Of a DNA stretch of 64,000 nucleotides, positions 1-11,049 are shown piece by piece. The notes beneath the pieces were generated by a model. That model had not been told where the DNA came from and ran no database searches. It was given only the letters and a program-made list of their open reading frames with translations. Source of the DNA: an uncultured delta proteobacterium (GTDB taxonomy: Bacteria; Desulfobacterota; Binatia; JACPRU01); NCBI GenBank assembly GCA_963745025.1, contig CAVUWD010000008.1, positions 128,001 through 192,000 on the forward strand. Direction: 5' to 3'. The position numbers were made by a program, and so were the translations under genes. Every line of letters begins with the position of its first letter. Within the stretch, counting starts at the first letter, position 1.

Positions 1-8
1 GGCGCGAC

Positions 9-587
9 GTGAACGTACTGCTGCTCGACACCGAGGTCTATTCGAATACCGGCGGGCAGGCGTCGAAGGCGACGCCGCGTGGCGCCGTCGCCAAGTTCGC
101 CGCCGGCGGCAAGCAGGCACCGAAGAAGGACCTCGGGATGATTGCCATGAGCTACGGCACCGTCTATGTCGCCCGCGTCGCCATGGGCGCGAAGGACGAG
201 CACACGCTGCGCGCCTTTCTCGAAGCCGAGGCGTATCCCGGCGCCTCGCTGATCATCGCTTACAGCCACTGCATCGCCCACGGCATCAACATGGCCACGG
301 CGATGCAGAACCAGAAAGCCGCCGTCGATTCGGGGCAATGGCTGCTCTACCGCTACAACCCCGAGCGCGCCGCGAAAGGCGAGAACCCGCTGCAGCTCGA
401 CTCGCAGGCGCCGAAGATCCCGCTGGAGAAGTACATGTACATGGAGAACCGGTTCAAGATGCTTACCAAGAGCAAGCCGGGAGATGCGAAGCGGCTGCTG
501 CAGGAGGCGCAGGACGACGTCGACACGCGCTGGAAGCTGTACGAGTACCTGGCAGCGAGGAAAGGAGACGTTCCTCGTGAAGCGTGA
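9..587 (+). CDS. nifJ: Pyruvate:ferredoxin (flavodoxin) oxidoreductase, C-terminal part (5' end outside window)
   Basis: TPP-domain motifs [49 protein letters not shown]. Confidence 0.95.
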   Translation: MNVLLLDTEVYSNTGGQASKATPRGAVAKFAAGGKQAPKKDLGMIAMSYGTVYVARVAMGAKDEHTLRAFLEAEAYPGASLIIAYSHCIAHGINMATAMQNQKAAVDSGQWLLYRYNPERAAKGENPLQLDSQAPKIPLEKYMYMENRFKMLTKSKPGDAKRLLQEAQDDVDTRWKLYEYLAARKGDVPREA

Positions 588-643
588 AGCGTATCGCATC
601 CGCTGACTCCGACGAGATACGCTTCACGTGCGAAGGAGCCACG

Positions 644-1255
644 ATGGATTTCACCACATCATACGTGGGCCTGACGCTGCGCTCGCCGCTCGTGCCCTCG
701 GCGTCGCCGTTGTCGGAAGAGATCGACAACATCCGGCGCATGGAGGAGGCCGGTGCGGCGGCGGTGGTGCTGTACTCGCTGTTCGAGGAGCAGTTGGTGC
801 TCGACCGCTTCGAGCTGCACCACCACCTCACCGCGGGTACGGAGAGCTTCGCGAAGGCGTTGACCTAGTTTTCCGAGCCGACGGAGTTTCACCTCGGACC
901 CGAGGACTACCTCAACCACATCCGCCAGGCGAAGGAGGCGGTCGACATCCCCATCATCGCCATGCTTGAACGGCACCTCGCTCGGTGGTTGGACCAACTA
1001 TGCGAAGCTGATGCAGGAGGCGGGGGCCGACGCGCTCGAGCTCAACGTCTCCTACATCCCCACCGACATGCAGCAGACCGCCGAGCAGGTGGAGCAAGCC
1101 TATGTGGACATCTTGCACGCGGTGAAGTCGGTGGTGACCATCCCGGTGGTGCTGAAGCTCGGTCCGTTCTCCAGCAACATGGCCCGCATGGCGAAGCGGC
1201 TCGACGACGCCGGCGCCAACGCGCTGGTGCTCTTCAACCGCTTCTATCAACCCGA
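644..1255 (+). pseudogene. Dihydroorotate dehydrogenase-like protein (usual nifJ partner), disrupted and truncated
   Basis: [18 protein letters not shown]...LYSLFEEQ, in-frame TAG at 866-868, frameshift near 961 before LNGTSLGGW, similarity ends after LFNRFYQP. Confidence 0.85.
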
Positions 1256-1414
1256 GGGCGAGCTCGGAGCCAAAAAAGAATGATGGAGCGGCAGCAGCCC
1301 GAGGCACGAGGCCTCGCGACTGCTGCCGCTGAACGATGGGTAAGAGGGGTAGGAAGGGATGAGGGAACGAGGGATCGTCTTCGATGACGAACACGCTCTG
1401 CTTGCTGTGAACGT

Positions 1415-3355
1415 CTAGACAGAAGTTCCTCGACTTCCCAGTCTTGAAGTCTGGAGGAAGGGTCGAGGAGTCAGGGGGTTAGCGATTTTATGCCCCTGCA
1501 TTGTGTAGCCATGTAGATTCGTGTGTGTGGCTTGAAAAGATGGCATCAATGTGTATAATGCACCCATGCATGTCGATGTGGTGCCGAACCGCGGTTCTCG
1601 CCCGGCGTATCTGCTGCGTGAATCGTTCCGCGAAGGCGCCAAAGTCAGAAAGCGCACCCTCGCCAACCTCTCCTCCCTGCCCGATGAGCAGATCTTCGCC
1701 ATCCGTGCGATCTTGCGAGGCGAGAAGCTTCACCCCGCCGATGAGCTCTTCGAGGCCATTGCCTCGAGGCCTCACGGTCACGTCGAAGCCGTGCGTGTAG
1801 CCATGCAGCAACTCGGTTTCGAGCCGCTCGTGGCCTCACGTGGGTGTCGGGAGCGCGATCTGGTGTGCGCGATGGTGGCCGCTCGCATCATCGCCCCGCA
1901 CACCAAGCTCGCCACCACCCGCTGGTGGCACACCACCACCTTGGCCGAGGACCTCGGTGTGGCCGATGCCGACGAGGACGATCTCTACGCGGCGATGGAC
2001 TGGCTGCTCGAGCGTCAGGGGACGATCGAGAAGAAGCTCGCCACGCGCCATCTCGGCGAGGGGAGCCTGGTGCTGTACGACTTGAGCTCGAGCTACTTCG
2101 AGGGGACGACCTGTTCGCTGGCCAAGCTCGGGCACGATCGCGACGGCAAGAAGGGCAAGCTGCAGGTGAACTACGGGCTGCTCACCGATCGGCGCGGTTG
2201 CCCGGTGGCGGTGTCGGTCTACGACGGCAATACCAGCGACCCCAAGACCCTCATGCCGCAAGTCCACAAGCTCAAGAAGGACTTCGGCATCCAGACCCTG
2301 GTCCTGGTCGGCGACCGAGGGATGATTTCACAGAAGGCCATCGACGAGCTGCGGGAGCAGGACCAAGTCGCCTGGATCACGGCGCTCAAGACCCGTCAGA
2401 TTCGAGCGCTGGTGGAAGGGGGGCAGCTTCAGCTCGGGCTCTTCGACGAGAAGAACCTCTTCGAGCTCTCGCACCCGGACTTTCCTGCCGAGCGCCTGAT
2501 CGCATGCCGCAACCCGCAGCTAGCGAAGCTGCGCAATCACAAGCGGCAGTCCCTGCTCGATGCCACCGAGAAGGAGCTCGAGAAGGTCAGGGGCATGGTC
2601 GAGCGGGGGCGCCTTTCGGGCCGCGACGCTATCGGCGTGCGCGTCGGCAAGGTCGTCAACAAGTACAAGGTCGCCAAGCACTTCGCGCTCGACATCGAGG
2701 AGCACCGCTTCGGCTTCCATCGGCTCGAGGACGACATCGCTTCGGAAGCGGCCCTCGACGGCATCTACATCATCCGCACGAGCCTCGGGAAAAAGCAGAT
2801 GACGGCCGCCGACTGCGTGCGTAACTACAAGTCCCTGGCTCAGGTCGAGCGGGCGTTTCGATCGCTGAAGACCATCGATCTGAAGATCCGCCCCATCCAC
2901 CATCACCTCGCCGACCGCGTCAGAAGCCACATCTTCCTCTGCATGCTCGCCTACTATGTCGAGTGGCACATGCGAGAGGCCTGGCGCCCCTTGCTCTTCG
3001 CCGACGAGGATCCACTCGCCAAGACTACGCGCGATCCGGTGGCGCCCGCCAAGCGCTCCGCGGCCGCCGAAGCCAAGGCCGCCTCTCATCTCCTCGACGA
3101 CGGCACCCCCGCCCACAGCTTCTCCACCCTTCAACAGGAGCTCGCTACCATCGTCCGCAACACCTGCCGCGCCCCCCACGCCGGCGACGACGCCCCAACC
3201 TTCAAGATCACCACTACTCCCAACCCGAAGCAGCGTCGCGCCCTCGAACTCCTCAACGCCATCCACTTGTAGACAGAAACTCGCACACCTGACTCGGCCT
3301 ATCTGCACGAATTATCAAAGGAATCCCCTCGAAGCAGCGAGGAACTTCCGTCTAG
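1415..3355 (+). mobile_element. IS1634-family insertion sequence
   Basis: 18-bp terminal inverted repeats ctagacagaagttcctcg (1415-1432) and cgaggaacttccgtctag (3338-3355), 1 mismatch, enclosing a DDE transposase; no target duplication visible. Confidence 0.9.
1566..3272 (+). CDS. IS1634-family DDE transposase
   Basis: LLRESFREGAKVRKRTLANLS, LYDLSSSYFEG, LVGDRGMI, VERAFRSLKT, HIFLCMLAYYV. Confidence 0.93.
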   Translation: MHVDVVPNRGSRPAYLLRESFREGAKVRKRTLANLSSLPDEQIFAIRAILRGEKLHPADELFEAIASRPHGHVEAVRVAMQQLGFEPLVASRGCRERDLVCAMVAARIIAPHTKLATTRWWHTTTLAEDLGVADADEDDLYAAMDWLLERQGTIEKKLATRHLGEGSLVLYDLSSSYFEGTTCSLAKLGHDRDGKKGKLQVNYGLLTDRRGCPVAVSVYDGNTSDPKTLMPQVHKLKKDFGIQTLVLVGDRGMISQKAIDELREQDQVAWITALKTRQIRALVEGGQLQLGLFDEKNLFELSHPDFPAERLIACRNPQLAKLRNHKRQSLLDATEKELEKVRGMVERGRLSGRDAIGVRVGKVVNKYKVAKHFALDIEEHRFGFHRLEDDIASEAALDGIYIIRTSLGKKQMTAADCVRNYKSLAQVERAFRSLKTIDLKIRPIHHHLADRVRSHIFLCMLAYYVEWHMREAWRPLLFADEDPLAKTTRDPVAPAKRSAAAEAKAASHLLDDGTPAHSFSTLQQELATIVRNTCRAPHAGDDAPTFKITTTPNPKQRRALELLNAIHL

Positions 3356-3899
3356 TCCCACGTACAGTTTCATCGGGTTCATCCTCCCTTCTCGATTGGG
3401 ACACCCCTGCGGTGATCCCGTGGTCCGCCGTAGACCTTACTGCGGCCTGCGGGGAGGACATCCCACCTTCTTCGATACGGTAAATCGCAACACTCTCGCC
3501 GCGCGTTATCGGACCCTGGCACCCGGCCCGCCTGCGAAGCAGCTTTCTCCGCCCTCCGGACAAATAACGAGCATCGTCGTGCGCTTCCCGCAGCCTTCTA
3601 CTCCGATCGTATATTCGGCTCGCTGGACGCCGGAGACGAGAGGCCCTTGGACCGCAGGCTGAGTTATCTCCCTTGAGAGCACTTGCCCCGCCGCCTGCGG
3701 ACTCGCCTTTGGCATTGCGGGAACCCTAGAGTCTCTCTACCTGCTTGCCGGAGGAACGGTCCCGGGGACGATCATCAACGCCATCTATATGCCAACCATA
3801 GAACTGATGTGAGGAGGGAAAGCGGCGACAGGGCGACATTGGTCGGTGCGCCTAGCGCTGGCGTCGCGGGACCTCTCCCTGCGCGGAACTTGAGCATGG

Positions 3900-4230
3900 C
3901 GTGGCTGGAACGGCGAGCATCGGCCGGTACGTGCCGATGAAGGCCTTCTCGTCCGGCCAGAGGATGTGGGCGGTGTCGCGGATCGCCTGGCCCAGCTCCT
4001 CGACCGACATGTCGATCCAGAACTCGGCGATGCCGTCGTAGGGCGGTGCCTCGTCCCCGCGACCAGCCGCGCGTGTCGAGTGGTAGGCCGACGTTGGTCA
4101 CGTACTTGATGATTTTGTCCCCGAAAGTCTTCTTGACGAGCGGCGCATGGACTTCCGTCCAGTGGCGGACCGCTTGTTCGTGCGTCATATCGGGCCGGCG
4201 CGTCCAAAGCTCGAAGAGCTTGATAATGGA
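3900..4230 (-). pseudogene. EthD-domain protein, frameshifted (boundaries approximate)
   Basis: RRPDMTHEQAVRHWTEVHAPLV, then PPYDGIAEFWID in another frame. Confidence 0.65.
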
Positions 4231-4390
4231 TTCGTTCCTTCGTTCGTCGTCCGCATCTCAGTTCCACAGCCGGCTCGTCAAGGCGATCCGGGCTTCGGAT
4301 GAAGTCGCGAAGCCCAAATCATGCTATGAGCCAACCGCCCTCGGGAGGGGTCTTACCGCGCAAGCGAGAACCGTAACGACCGCGACAGGT

Positions 4391-5053
4391 TTGGTCCACG
4401 TAGCGGGCATCAAGGACCTTGCAGAGGCAAAGATGCTCGTCGAGTGCGGCGTCTCGTTTCTGGGTTTCCCGCTGGTTCTCGACGTTAACCGGGAGGACCT
4501 CACGGTGAACGAGGCCGCAGCAATCGTGGCGGCGATGCGCAGTCGCGCCACGTTCTTTCTGATCACGTACCTGGCTCGCTCGGCGGAGATTCTGGACCTT
4601 TGCCAGCGGTTGGGGGTTGGCATGGTGCAACTGCATGCCGCTACTGACGTAGCGGACCTCAAGCGTCTGCGCGAGAAGCGGCCGGGGCTCCGTATTGTGA
4701 AGAGCCTCATCGTGCATTCCGACAATTGCGATGAGCTGGCGGATGAAGTGGAGCGCTTCGCGCCGTGGGTCGATGCGTTCATCACCGATACGTACGACCC
4801 TGCCACCGGCGCGAGCGGCGCAACGGGCAAGACCCACGACTGGTCGGTGAGCCGTCGGTTGGTACGCCTGTCGCCGAGGCCGATCGTCCTGGCCGGTGGG
4901 CTCAATCCCGGAAACGTTCGTGCGGCGATCGCCGCCGTGCGCCCCGCCGGAGTCGACGTACACACCGGCATCGAGGGGCCCGACGGGCGCAAACGCGGGG
5001 ATCTGACCGAGCAGTTCGTAGCGGAGGCCCAGGCAGGGTTCGCGCGTGGGTGA
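4391..5053 (+). CDS. trpF: Phosphoribosylanthranilate isomerase-like (start approximate)
   Basis: VQLH, GASGATGKTHDW, IVLAGGLNPGNV, VRPAGVDVHTGIE. Confidence 0.8.
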   Translation: MVHVAGIKDLAEAKMLVECGVSFLGFPLVLDVNREDLTVNEAAAIVAAMRSRATFFLITYLARSAEILDLCQRLGVGMVQLHAATDVADLKRLREKRPGLRIVKSLIVHSDNCDELADEVERFAPWVDAFITDTYDPATGASGATGKTHDWSVSRRLVRLSPRPIVLAGGLNPGNVRAAIAAVRPAGVDVHTGIEGPDGRKRGDLTEQFVAEAQAGFARG

Positions 5054-5399
5054 GGGCGGAGGCCTTGCCCGTAGTCCAACACCGCATTTGCCGCAAAAAC
5101 GCTCGTCCGGCTGATTGCTCGCGCCGCACCCGAACGCGATCGCGCTTCGGATCGGCGGGAGGCTCATAGAAGTATTGCGAAGTGACGTCGCCGGGATTCT
5201 CGCCGACGATGAGGCATCGGAGAGGCTTTGGCATCCATCGACGCTCAACCTGCCAGCGATCCCAAGGGTGAGAAGCAGCATCACAACAGCTAGCCATCGA
5301 GATCTCTCCCTAGCGGCCGTCTAGTACCTCCAGGCCGGAGAAGTCGAGTCTCTTGCTCACCTCTCGCATCCCGGTAGGTCCCCGGTCCTGGCGGCGATT

Positions 5400-5540
5400 G
5401 AATCCGCGACCAGCTCGTCGAGCTCATCGGTGATCGTCGTCTCCGCGTAGTGTGGTGCTCGATCATCTCCAGACGGGTTCCGGTCTGCCGGGCGACGAAG
5501 AGCGCATCAACACCGCCGACGTCAACGAGAGTGCTGAAGA
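5400..5540 (-). pseudogene. Tyrosine integrase C-terminal remnant
   Basis: VDALFVARQTGTRLEMIEHH(Y) resembles integrase box II; followed by an arm-like repeat ggaccggggacctaccggg. Confidence 0.5.
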
Positions 5541-6059
5541 TACAGCGACCGTCTCCGCCCATCGGCATCCGTGGGCGCCGATTCTTCGAGGTCATCGTTC
5601 ACAGCCGCATCCGGGTCGGCTTGCGGCAAGACGTTGAGCGTCGACCGGCCCTGATTCGGCATGATCTGCAGCGGCCGCTTCTCGAGCATCAAAGAGGGTG
5701 GCGGGACTTGCACCTCGGGTCGACGCAGCTTCGGTCCGGAGGGGGTGGGGACCACGAGTGGACGTGGCTCGGAGTCCATGACTCCAGCCACCACGCCACG
5801 GGCCGAGAGCAACGACAGCCATCCGATGGTCAGACCCCTCAATAGGCGCCGCACTGGACGTTCCATCCCGCTGTGACGAGGTCAGCGTCGATCCGCTCGC
5901 GGGCTGCCGCTTCCGGGCCCTTGGGCGGGGTCATGGGGAGCCGCTCGGGGTTTCAGGCGTTGCGGCCATCGAGAGTCGGATCTTACCGAGGCCGCGCTAC
6001 GCCGCTCAAGTCTCGCAGCAGGTGCTTACGGAGCGGCTGAACCAGCAGGGGTGAACGGA

Positions 6060-6320
6060 ACTGACCGCTGAGCATCTTGAGCGTCTCGGGGCAGACTCGA
6101 AGCTGCTCGTATACGCCCTTGGTGAGCACGACCAACGTGGCGCCGTGCTCCAGCAACTCGGTGACCTCGTAGGGCTGGATTTCGGGCACGTGAGCAGTAT
6201 CGGTCTCCGACCAGTCCCACTCTCTCGCTCCGCCGGGAAAGAGCTTGGCGTCCTTGAATGCGGGCCGACCCTCGACCTCGAGGTGGCCCCAGGAAAGACG
6301 GGTGATCTTCGGAGAACGAG
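6060..6320 (-). pseudogene. Mth938-like (AAMDC) domain protein, truncated
   Basis: SPKITRLSWGHLEVEG..FKDAKLFPGGAREWDW..H.PEIQP. Confidence 0.7.
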
Positions 6321-6409
6321 CGCTGCGGACAGACGATCGTGCTCCGAGGCCGCGACTACGCCGCTCGGCGTGGAACGTATGCATCGTGTTCCGCAGAGAG
6401 GGTGTGCTC

Positions 6410-6570
6410 AGGCTGCCGTTTCTCGATCCATGCCTCTATGGCCGACCACTTGAAAATCGGCCGCCCGGGCCGCTTCCCTCGACCTGGCGTGCGGAAAAAG
6501 TGCGTACCTTCGATCAACTCGCCGCGGTGCATGTAGGCGCGGATCGCCGCCGCACTTAGGGTGAGCGTAG
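6410..6570 (-). pseudogene. Excisionase-like small DNA-binding protein remnant
   Basis: LSAAAIRAYMHRGELIEGTHFF...RPIFKWSAIEAWIE, next to an integrase shard. Confidence 0.45.
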
Positions 6571-6579
6571 AAGCGCACC

Positions 6580-6690
6580 ACATGTCTCGACGCGGTCGCC
6601 GACCTCGGCGGCGATCTCGGTAAGTGGCTTGCCGGCCTTGAGCGAACGGGTCACGAACGAGTGGCGGAGATCATAGAGCCCGTGCGCAAG
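6580..6690 (-). pseudogene. Tyrosine integrase remnant
   Basis: GLYDLRHSFVTRSLKAGKPLTEIAAEVG (H-x-x-R-like box). Confidence 0.6.
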
Positions 6691-7495
6691 CCCGGGTTGC
6701 CAGGAGCGTATCCAACCCGACACTCGTCCACCCGCGATCGTCGAGCAGGCGCAGTAGCTCCGGCAGAGCCCGCACGGACGCCGGTTCGAAGTCGTCGTGC
6801 TCGGAGGCATCGTGGAGCATCACGATGGCACCGTCGGTCACGCTGCGCGCGACGCGCGCAACGACGGCCTCCGACGTTCGCCCCCGGATGCCGTCGAGGC
6901 CTCGGGTGGACCAGCCGACGACGACCATCCCCGCGCGACGCACGCCCCAGGTGGTGGTGATGCTCGTGTGACCGAGCGGCGGACGGAAGAAGCGGGGGCG
7001 GAGGCCCGTCGCGTGCTCGACTGCCCTCGCCGCCCGGAGGAGCTCGTCGTGCACGCGCCACGGCATGCGGAAGGCGTGGAACCGGTCGTGACGATCGCCA
7101 TGCACCCCGAGCGTATGGCCGGCCGCATGAATCTCCCGAACCACGTCCGGATGACGACGCGCCTTCGCGCCTAGCACGAAGAACGTCGCGCGATGGCGGG
7201 TCGCGGCGAGCACGGCGAGAATACGGCGCGTCGTCACCGGATGCGGCCCGTCGTCGAACGTTAACGCCACTGACCGCCGACCGGCGGGACCACGCGATAC
7301 GATCGGGCCGTACATCTCGAGCCTCGGGAAGAATACCCCGACGGTGGCAACGGCGTACCACGCGGCAGACATGGCCCCGAGCCGTAGCAGATCGAGCTGA
7401 CCGCGCACGGCGGCCAGCCCGGCCAACATCCCGAGCGCCGTGCTCCACGCGAGAAATGCGATGCGAGCCGGGCTGCGTGTGCATCCCGTGACCAT
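6671..7495 (-). CDS. Polysaccharide deacetylase (NodB/CE4); start approximate
   Basis: VALTFDDGP, ATFFVLG, FFRPPLG, GAIVMLHD. Confidence 0.88.
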   Translation of the reverse strand: MVTGCTRSPARIAFLAWSTALGMLAGLAAVRGQLDLLRLGAMSAAWYAVATVGVFFPRLEMYGPIVSRGPAGRRSVALTFDDGPHPVTTRRILAVLAATRHRATFFVLGAKARRHPDVVREIHAAGHTLGVHGDRHDRFHAFRMPWRVHDELLRAARAVEHATGLRPRFFRPPLGHTSITTTWGVRRAGMVVVGWSTRGLDGIRGRTSEAVVARVARSVTDGAIVMLHDASEHDDFEPASVRALPELLRLLDDRGWTSVGLDTLLATRACARAL

Positions 7496-7693
7496 ATTTC
7501 TGGAGAGGCCGCCCCGTCTCCCCCATCGTCGTTTCAGATTACCGAATTCGCGCATAGACGGCATCGGCAGATGGGGATCGCCGGGCGGTTTGACCTGCGC
7601 AGCGCCGCGTTCGAAGCGACGATGCGTTTCTGCGAGCGACTCGTGCGACCGAAGCCGGCACAACGGCTGATCTTCGACGACACGTGGCCTCCG

Positions 7694-8434
7694 TCACGGC
7701 CGGCGGCAGGCGAGCAGCAGCTCGCCGACGCCCGCGACGTCGATCAGGCCGGTACGCCACTCGAGCCGCCGCTGGATCAGGAGTCCGAGGGGAAGCAGTA
7801 CGGCATTGTACCAACGCAACGCCCGCACGCGCCGCTTGGTGAGGCCCCACACCGCGAAGTCGAGCAGCCATCGGCTCCGCAGCTCCATCCCGAATACGGC
7901 GGTGCGCTCGAGCACCAAGCCGTGCTCGCGCAGGAGGACGAGGAGGTGGTCGGGCTCGTAGCGCCGTACGTGACCGACTAGTGCGTCGAACGCGGTCCAG
8001 CGGACCTGATGGAGCGGCGCGGAAAGCACCACGCTGGCGCCACGCCTCGCGACGCGGCTCAGCTCGGCGAACACCCGGCGGTCGTCTTCCACGTGCTCTA
8101 CGATGTCGAAGGCGCACACGAGATCGAACACCCGATCGCGGTAGGGGAGCGCGGTGACATCGCTCAGCGTCGCGAGGCCGCCGCGCTCCCGCAGCCGCGC
8201 GAGCGCCGGTGCGCTGACGTCGACGAAGTGCGTGCCGCACACCGGTAGCCGAGGATGCAGACCCGGACCGACCTCGAGCCGAGCGGTCGCCATGGCAGCA
8301 AGCACGGAAAGTTCCGGCCACGTATTGAAGCGGTGCGGGGGGACCAGGTACCCCGCCGACCAGAGCGTGTCGTAGAAGCGACGATTGGCCGCCCGTACCC
8401 TACGCGCCGCATCGGTATCCTCGGGCAATGACAT
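7694..8434 (-). CDS. Class I SAM-dependent methyltransferase
   Basis: LEVGPG, LPYRDRVFDLVCAFDIVEHVEDD, GHVRRY. Confidence 0.85.
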   Translation of the reverse strand: MSLPEDTDAARRVRAANRRFYDTLWSAGYLVPPHRFNTWPELSVLAAMATARLEVGPGLHPRLPVCGTHFVDVSAPALARLRERGGLATLSDVTALPYRDRVFDLVCAFDIVEHVEDDRRVFAELSRVARRGASVVLSAPLHQVRWTAFDALVGHVRRYEPDHLLVLLREHGLVLERTAVFGMELRSRWLLDFAVWGLTKRRVRALRWYNAVLLPLGLLIQRRLEWRTGLIDVAGVGELLLACRRP

Positions 8435-8804
8435 GAAGTCGAGCGCGGCGGACCGCCTCTGGGCCTATCTAGCGGCGTTCGACGGCGCCGAAAAGGCCTT
8501 TCTCGCGGCGGAGCTCGTGGCCCCGAGAAATCTCGACCGTCTTCCCGTGCCCCTGTTTCGTTGACAACCCCTACTAGCTCGGCTGGGCCGGTTGATTAGC
8601 CCGCCGGCGCATTCTCGCCCCCTGAGATCGCCAGAGGCTCGCAAGCAATCGCTGAGAACCCGTAGGGGGCACGAGGGGTTAAGCCTCGGTCGCTGACCGG
8701 AAATCAGCGGGTCCGCTCCACGGTCGAGACGCGCTCGCGCAGGTGCGGAGGATACGATAGTGGTACGTTGCAGAGCCATTGTTGGCGAACGGAGGAGGAC
8801 CGAT

Positions 8805-9322
8805 ATGACCATGCGGTCGAATCGAATGTGCGCACTGCTCATCATGCTCGGGGTCGTGGCCGCCGTGGGTGAGTCGGTACCAACCCACGCTGAGGACACG
8901 GAACAGATGATCACCTTGAACCCGGAGACATTGAAGTTTACGCCGATCCCCGACATGCCCGCCTGTGCGTCTGCGGCGATTCTTCGCGGCAATCCGCGCT
9001 GTGGGCCAGCATGGGTGCTCCTGAAGCTGGCTTCAGGCTGCCGAGTCCCGTGGCACTGGCACACGGCGAACGAGACTCTGGTGGTCATCAGCGGGCGGGG
9101 TACCGTGGCGATGAAGGACGGTCCGCCCCTCCAGTTCGTGCCCGGCGCATACGCCTCCCTGCCCAGTCATCACATGCACCAGGCCAGCTGCTCTCGCACG
9201 TGTCTGCTCTTCAACGGCGCCGATGCTGCCTTCGACATCCACTACGTGGATGCGAGCGGGGAAGAGATCTCCGCCGACGAGGCACTGAGACGTCCGCAAG
9301 GGCGAAGGGGAAGAAGAAATGA
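8805..9322 (+). CDS. Secreted cupin-domain protein (probable frameshift near 3' end)
   Basis: Signal peptide, PWHWHTANETLVVISGRG, PSHHMH; RBS ggagga. Confidence 0.8.
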
Positions 9323-9329
9323 CGGGTCA

Positions 9330-10202
9330 TCCGCCCGCTCCGCGCCGTCGGGTGAAGATACCGGTCCAGCCACGCAAGGGTGGCCTGCCATGCGTGGGTC
9401 GCCTGCTGCGGCTGACGGAAGTTGAACAGGCGCCCTCCGTCAGGCACGACCAGCACCTCCGTGGTGTCGCCGGAGGCCTTCAGACGTTCGGCCATGCGCT
9501 CCGATTCCTCCAGGGGGCAGCAGCGTATCGTGTGCTCCGTGCACGAACAGGACGGGGGCGCGAACGAACTCGGCCATGTACAAGGGCGATGCCAGCCGTA
9601 GCATCGTTTGGAAGTCGTCGTCGTTGGAAGCGCCGGATTCGACCCGCATCTGCCAGCGCGCCAAGGCGAAGAGAGCGCGTGCAAGAGAGGCCGGAGCGCT
9701 CGCCCGCATACCAATACGGGAAAGTCGGTGATCGGGTAGTAGGCCACGACCGCCTTGATGCGATCGGGATCATGCGCGGCCATGAGCAAGCTGACGACCG
9801 CGCCTTCCGAGAAGCCGAGCGCACCGATGCGGTTCTGATCGACCTCCGGGTATGCGCGCGTCGCATCGATGATCAACGTGAGGTCGCCGGTCGATTGCCA
9901 GGCGAACATGCTCGGGCGGTATTTCCCCTCGATGCGGCGTTGATAGTCAGCGGCGATCGCGACGTATCCGCGCGCCGCGAGATCCCAGATCACTCCGTGC
10001 ATGTCGGAGGCTGTCGCCTCTTCCTCCGGAAGAACGATCACCGTGGGGAACGGTCCTATACCGGGCGGACGCGCCCCCTCGATGTGCACCTTGAGCTCAT
10101 CGCGGGCGAAGTCGGCCGACCAGACGATTACCTCCGGAGCCGCTTGGGGGGGATGGATGAGATGGTGATTCGTCTGCGCACAACCCACGAGAAGGATCAT
10201 GC
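9330..10202 (-). CDS. Dienelactone hydrolase / S9 peptidase-like alpha/beta hydrolase with two compensating frameshifts (boundaries approximate)
   Basis: GFSEG nucleophile motif, PVLFVHGAHD in an alternate frame, lipoprotein-like LLVGC. Confidence 0.75.
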
Positions 10203-10519
10203 CGATTCCGAGCAAGGTCGGCGCGCGAGCACGGATCCCTCGCCGCCATCTTGGCGGGTCGTCGTCTCGGTGGACCAGTCCCGACGGCAGGGAGGGTGGT
10301 CGATCCGAGACAGCGCGACACGTCTGGGGACCGTCCGTGATCATGGAACCTCACCTTCCAGCCGGAGCGCGTCACTCCATGCATTCCCGGTGACGATCCG
10401 TTGCAGCCCGCTTTCCCACGCAGCTACGGTGGCGTCATGTATCTGCCCACTTCATGCGTCGGGTCCACGCCTCCAGAAGGCCGAGAATTGCAAGTGAGCA
10501 CAGAATCCGTACCGACAAT

Positions 10520-10680
10520 AGTGTAGTGCGGTCTTTCAATCTGAAGAAGATCGGCTCGCCGGGCGCCATCGTCTTCATCGGCCGGATTGACTTGGGTGAC
10601 CAGAAATTGACCTCGTCCATGCGTCCGCGCTCCGCATGCGCGAACAAGAAATCGAACCACGCCTTGTCCGTGAGCGCGAT
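10520..10680 (-). pseudogene. N-terminal remnant of a putative HNH restriction endonuclease
   Basis: IALTDKAWFDFL...DEVNFWSP...GEPIFFRLK. Confidence 0.55.
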
Positions 10681-11049
10681 GCAGGGCTGGAGCGCCAATA
10701 CGACTCCCTCGCCAAGGCATATCAACGTCCGGGACGAGCTTTCCAGTTTTTGCGGCGAGGTAGCCGCCGTGGTATCCGCTCGTGAGTGGGGGTCGGCCAC
10801 CACCATGCTGGGCTACCAGGGTCGCCGGCCTTCGCTCTACGACCTCACCGAGGAGATCAAGCGCGTCGACGTGCCGACGCCGCAGCGCGCTGTCACCCCC
10901 AATCAATCATGTAGGACAGCAGGCGCGGGTCTGCGGCGTCGTCGCGAGTGCGCAGCTAGCGGCCGACGCGCGGGAGCTCCTCGAGCAAGGAGTCCACGTC
11001 TGTCGTGCTGAGCAGGGGGATGTACCGGCGCCACGCGCGCGCCCACGCC

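Noticed and set aside
866-868. In-frame TAG as pyrrolysine or readthrough
   Set aside because: It replaces an expected Tyr codon in a gene that also has a frameshift and a truncation, and no pyl genes are visible.
1844-2824. Long alternate-frame Arg/Gly-rich ORFs (also 33247-34815, 58755-60095, 51964-53592)
   Set aside because: GC-rich shadow frames overlapping well-supported genes.
10520-10680. Active restriction/defence system
   Set aside because: Only an N-terminal shard is present; there is no HNH domain or partner gene.
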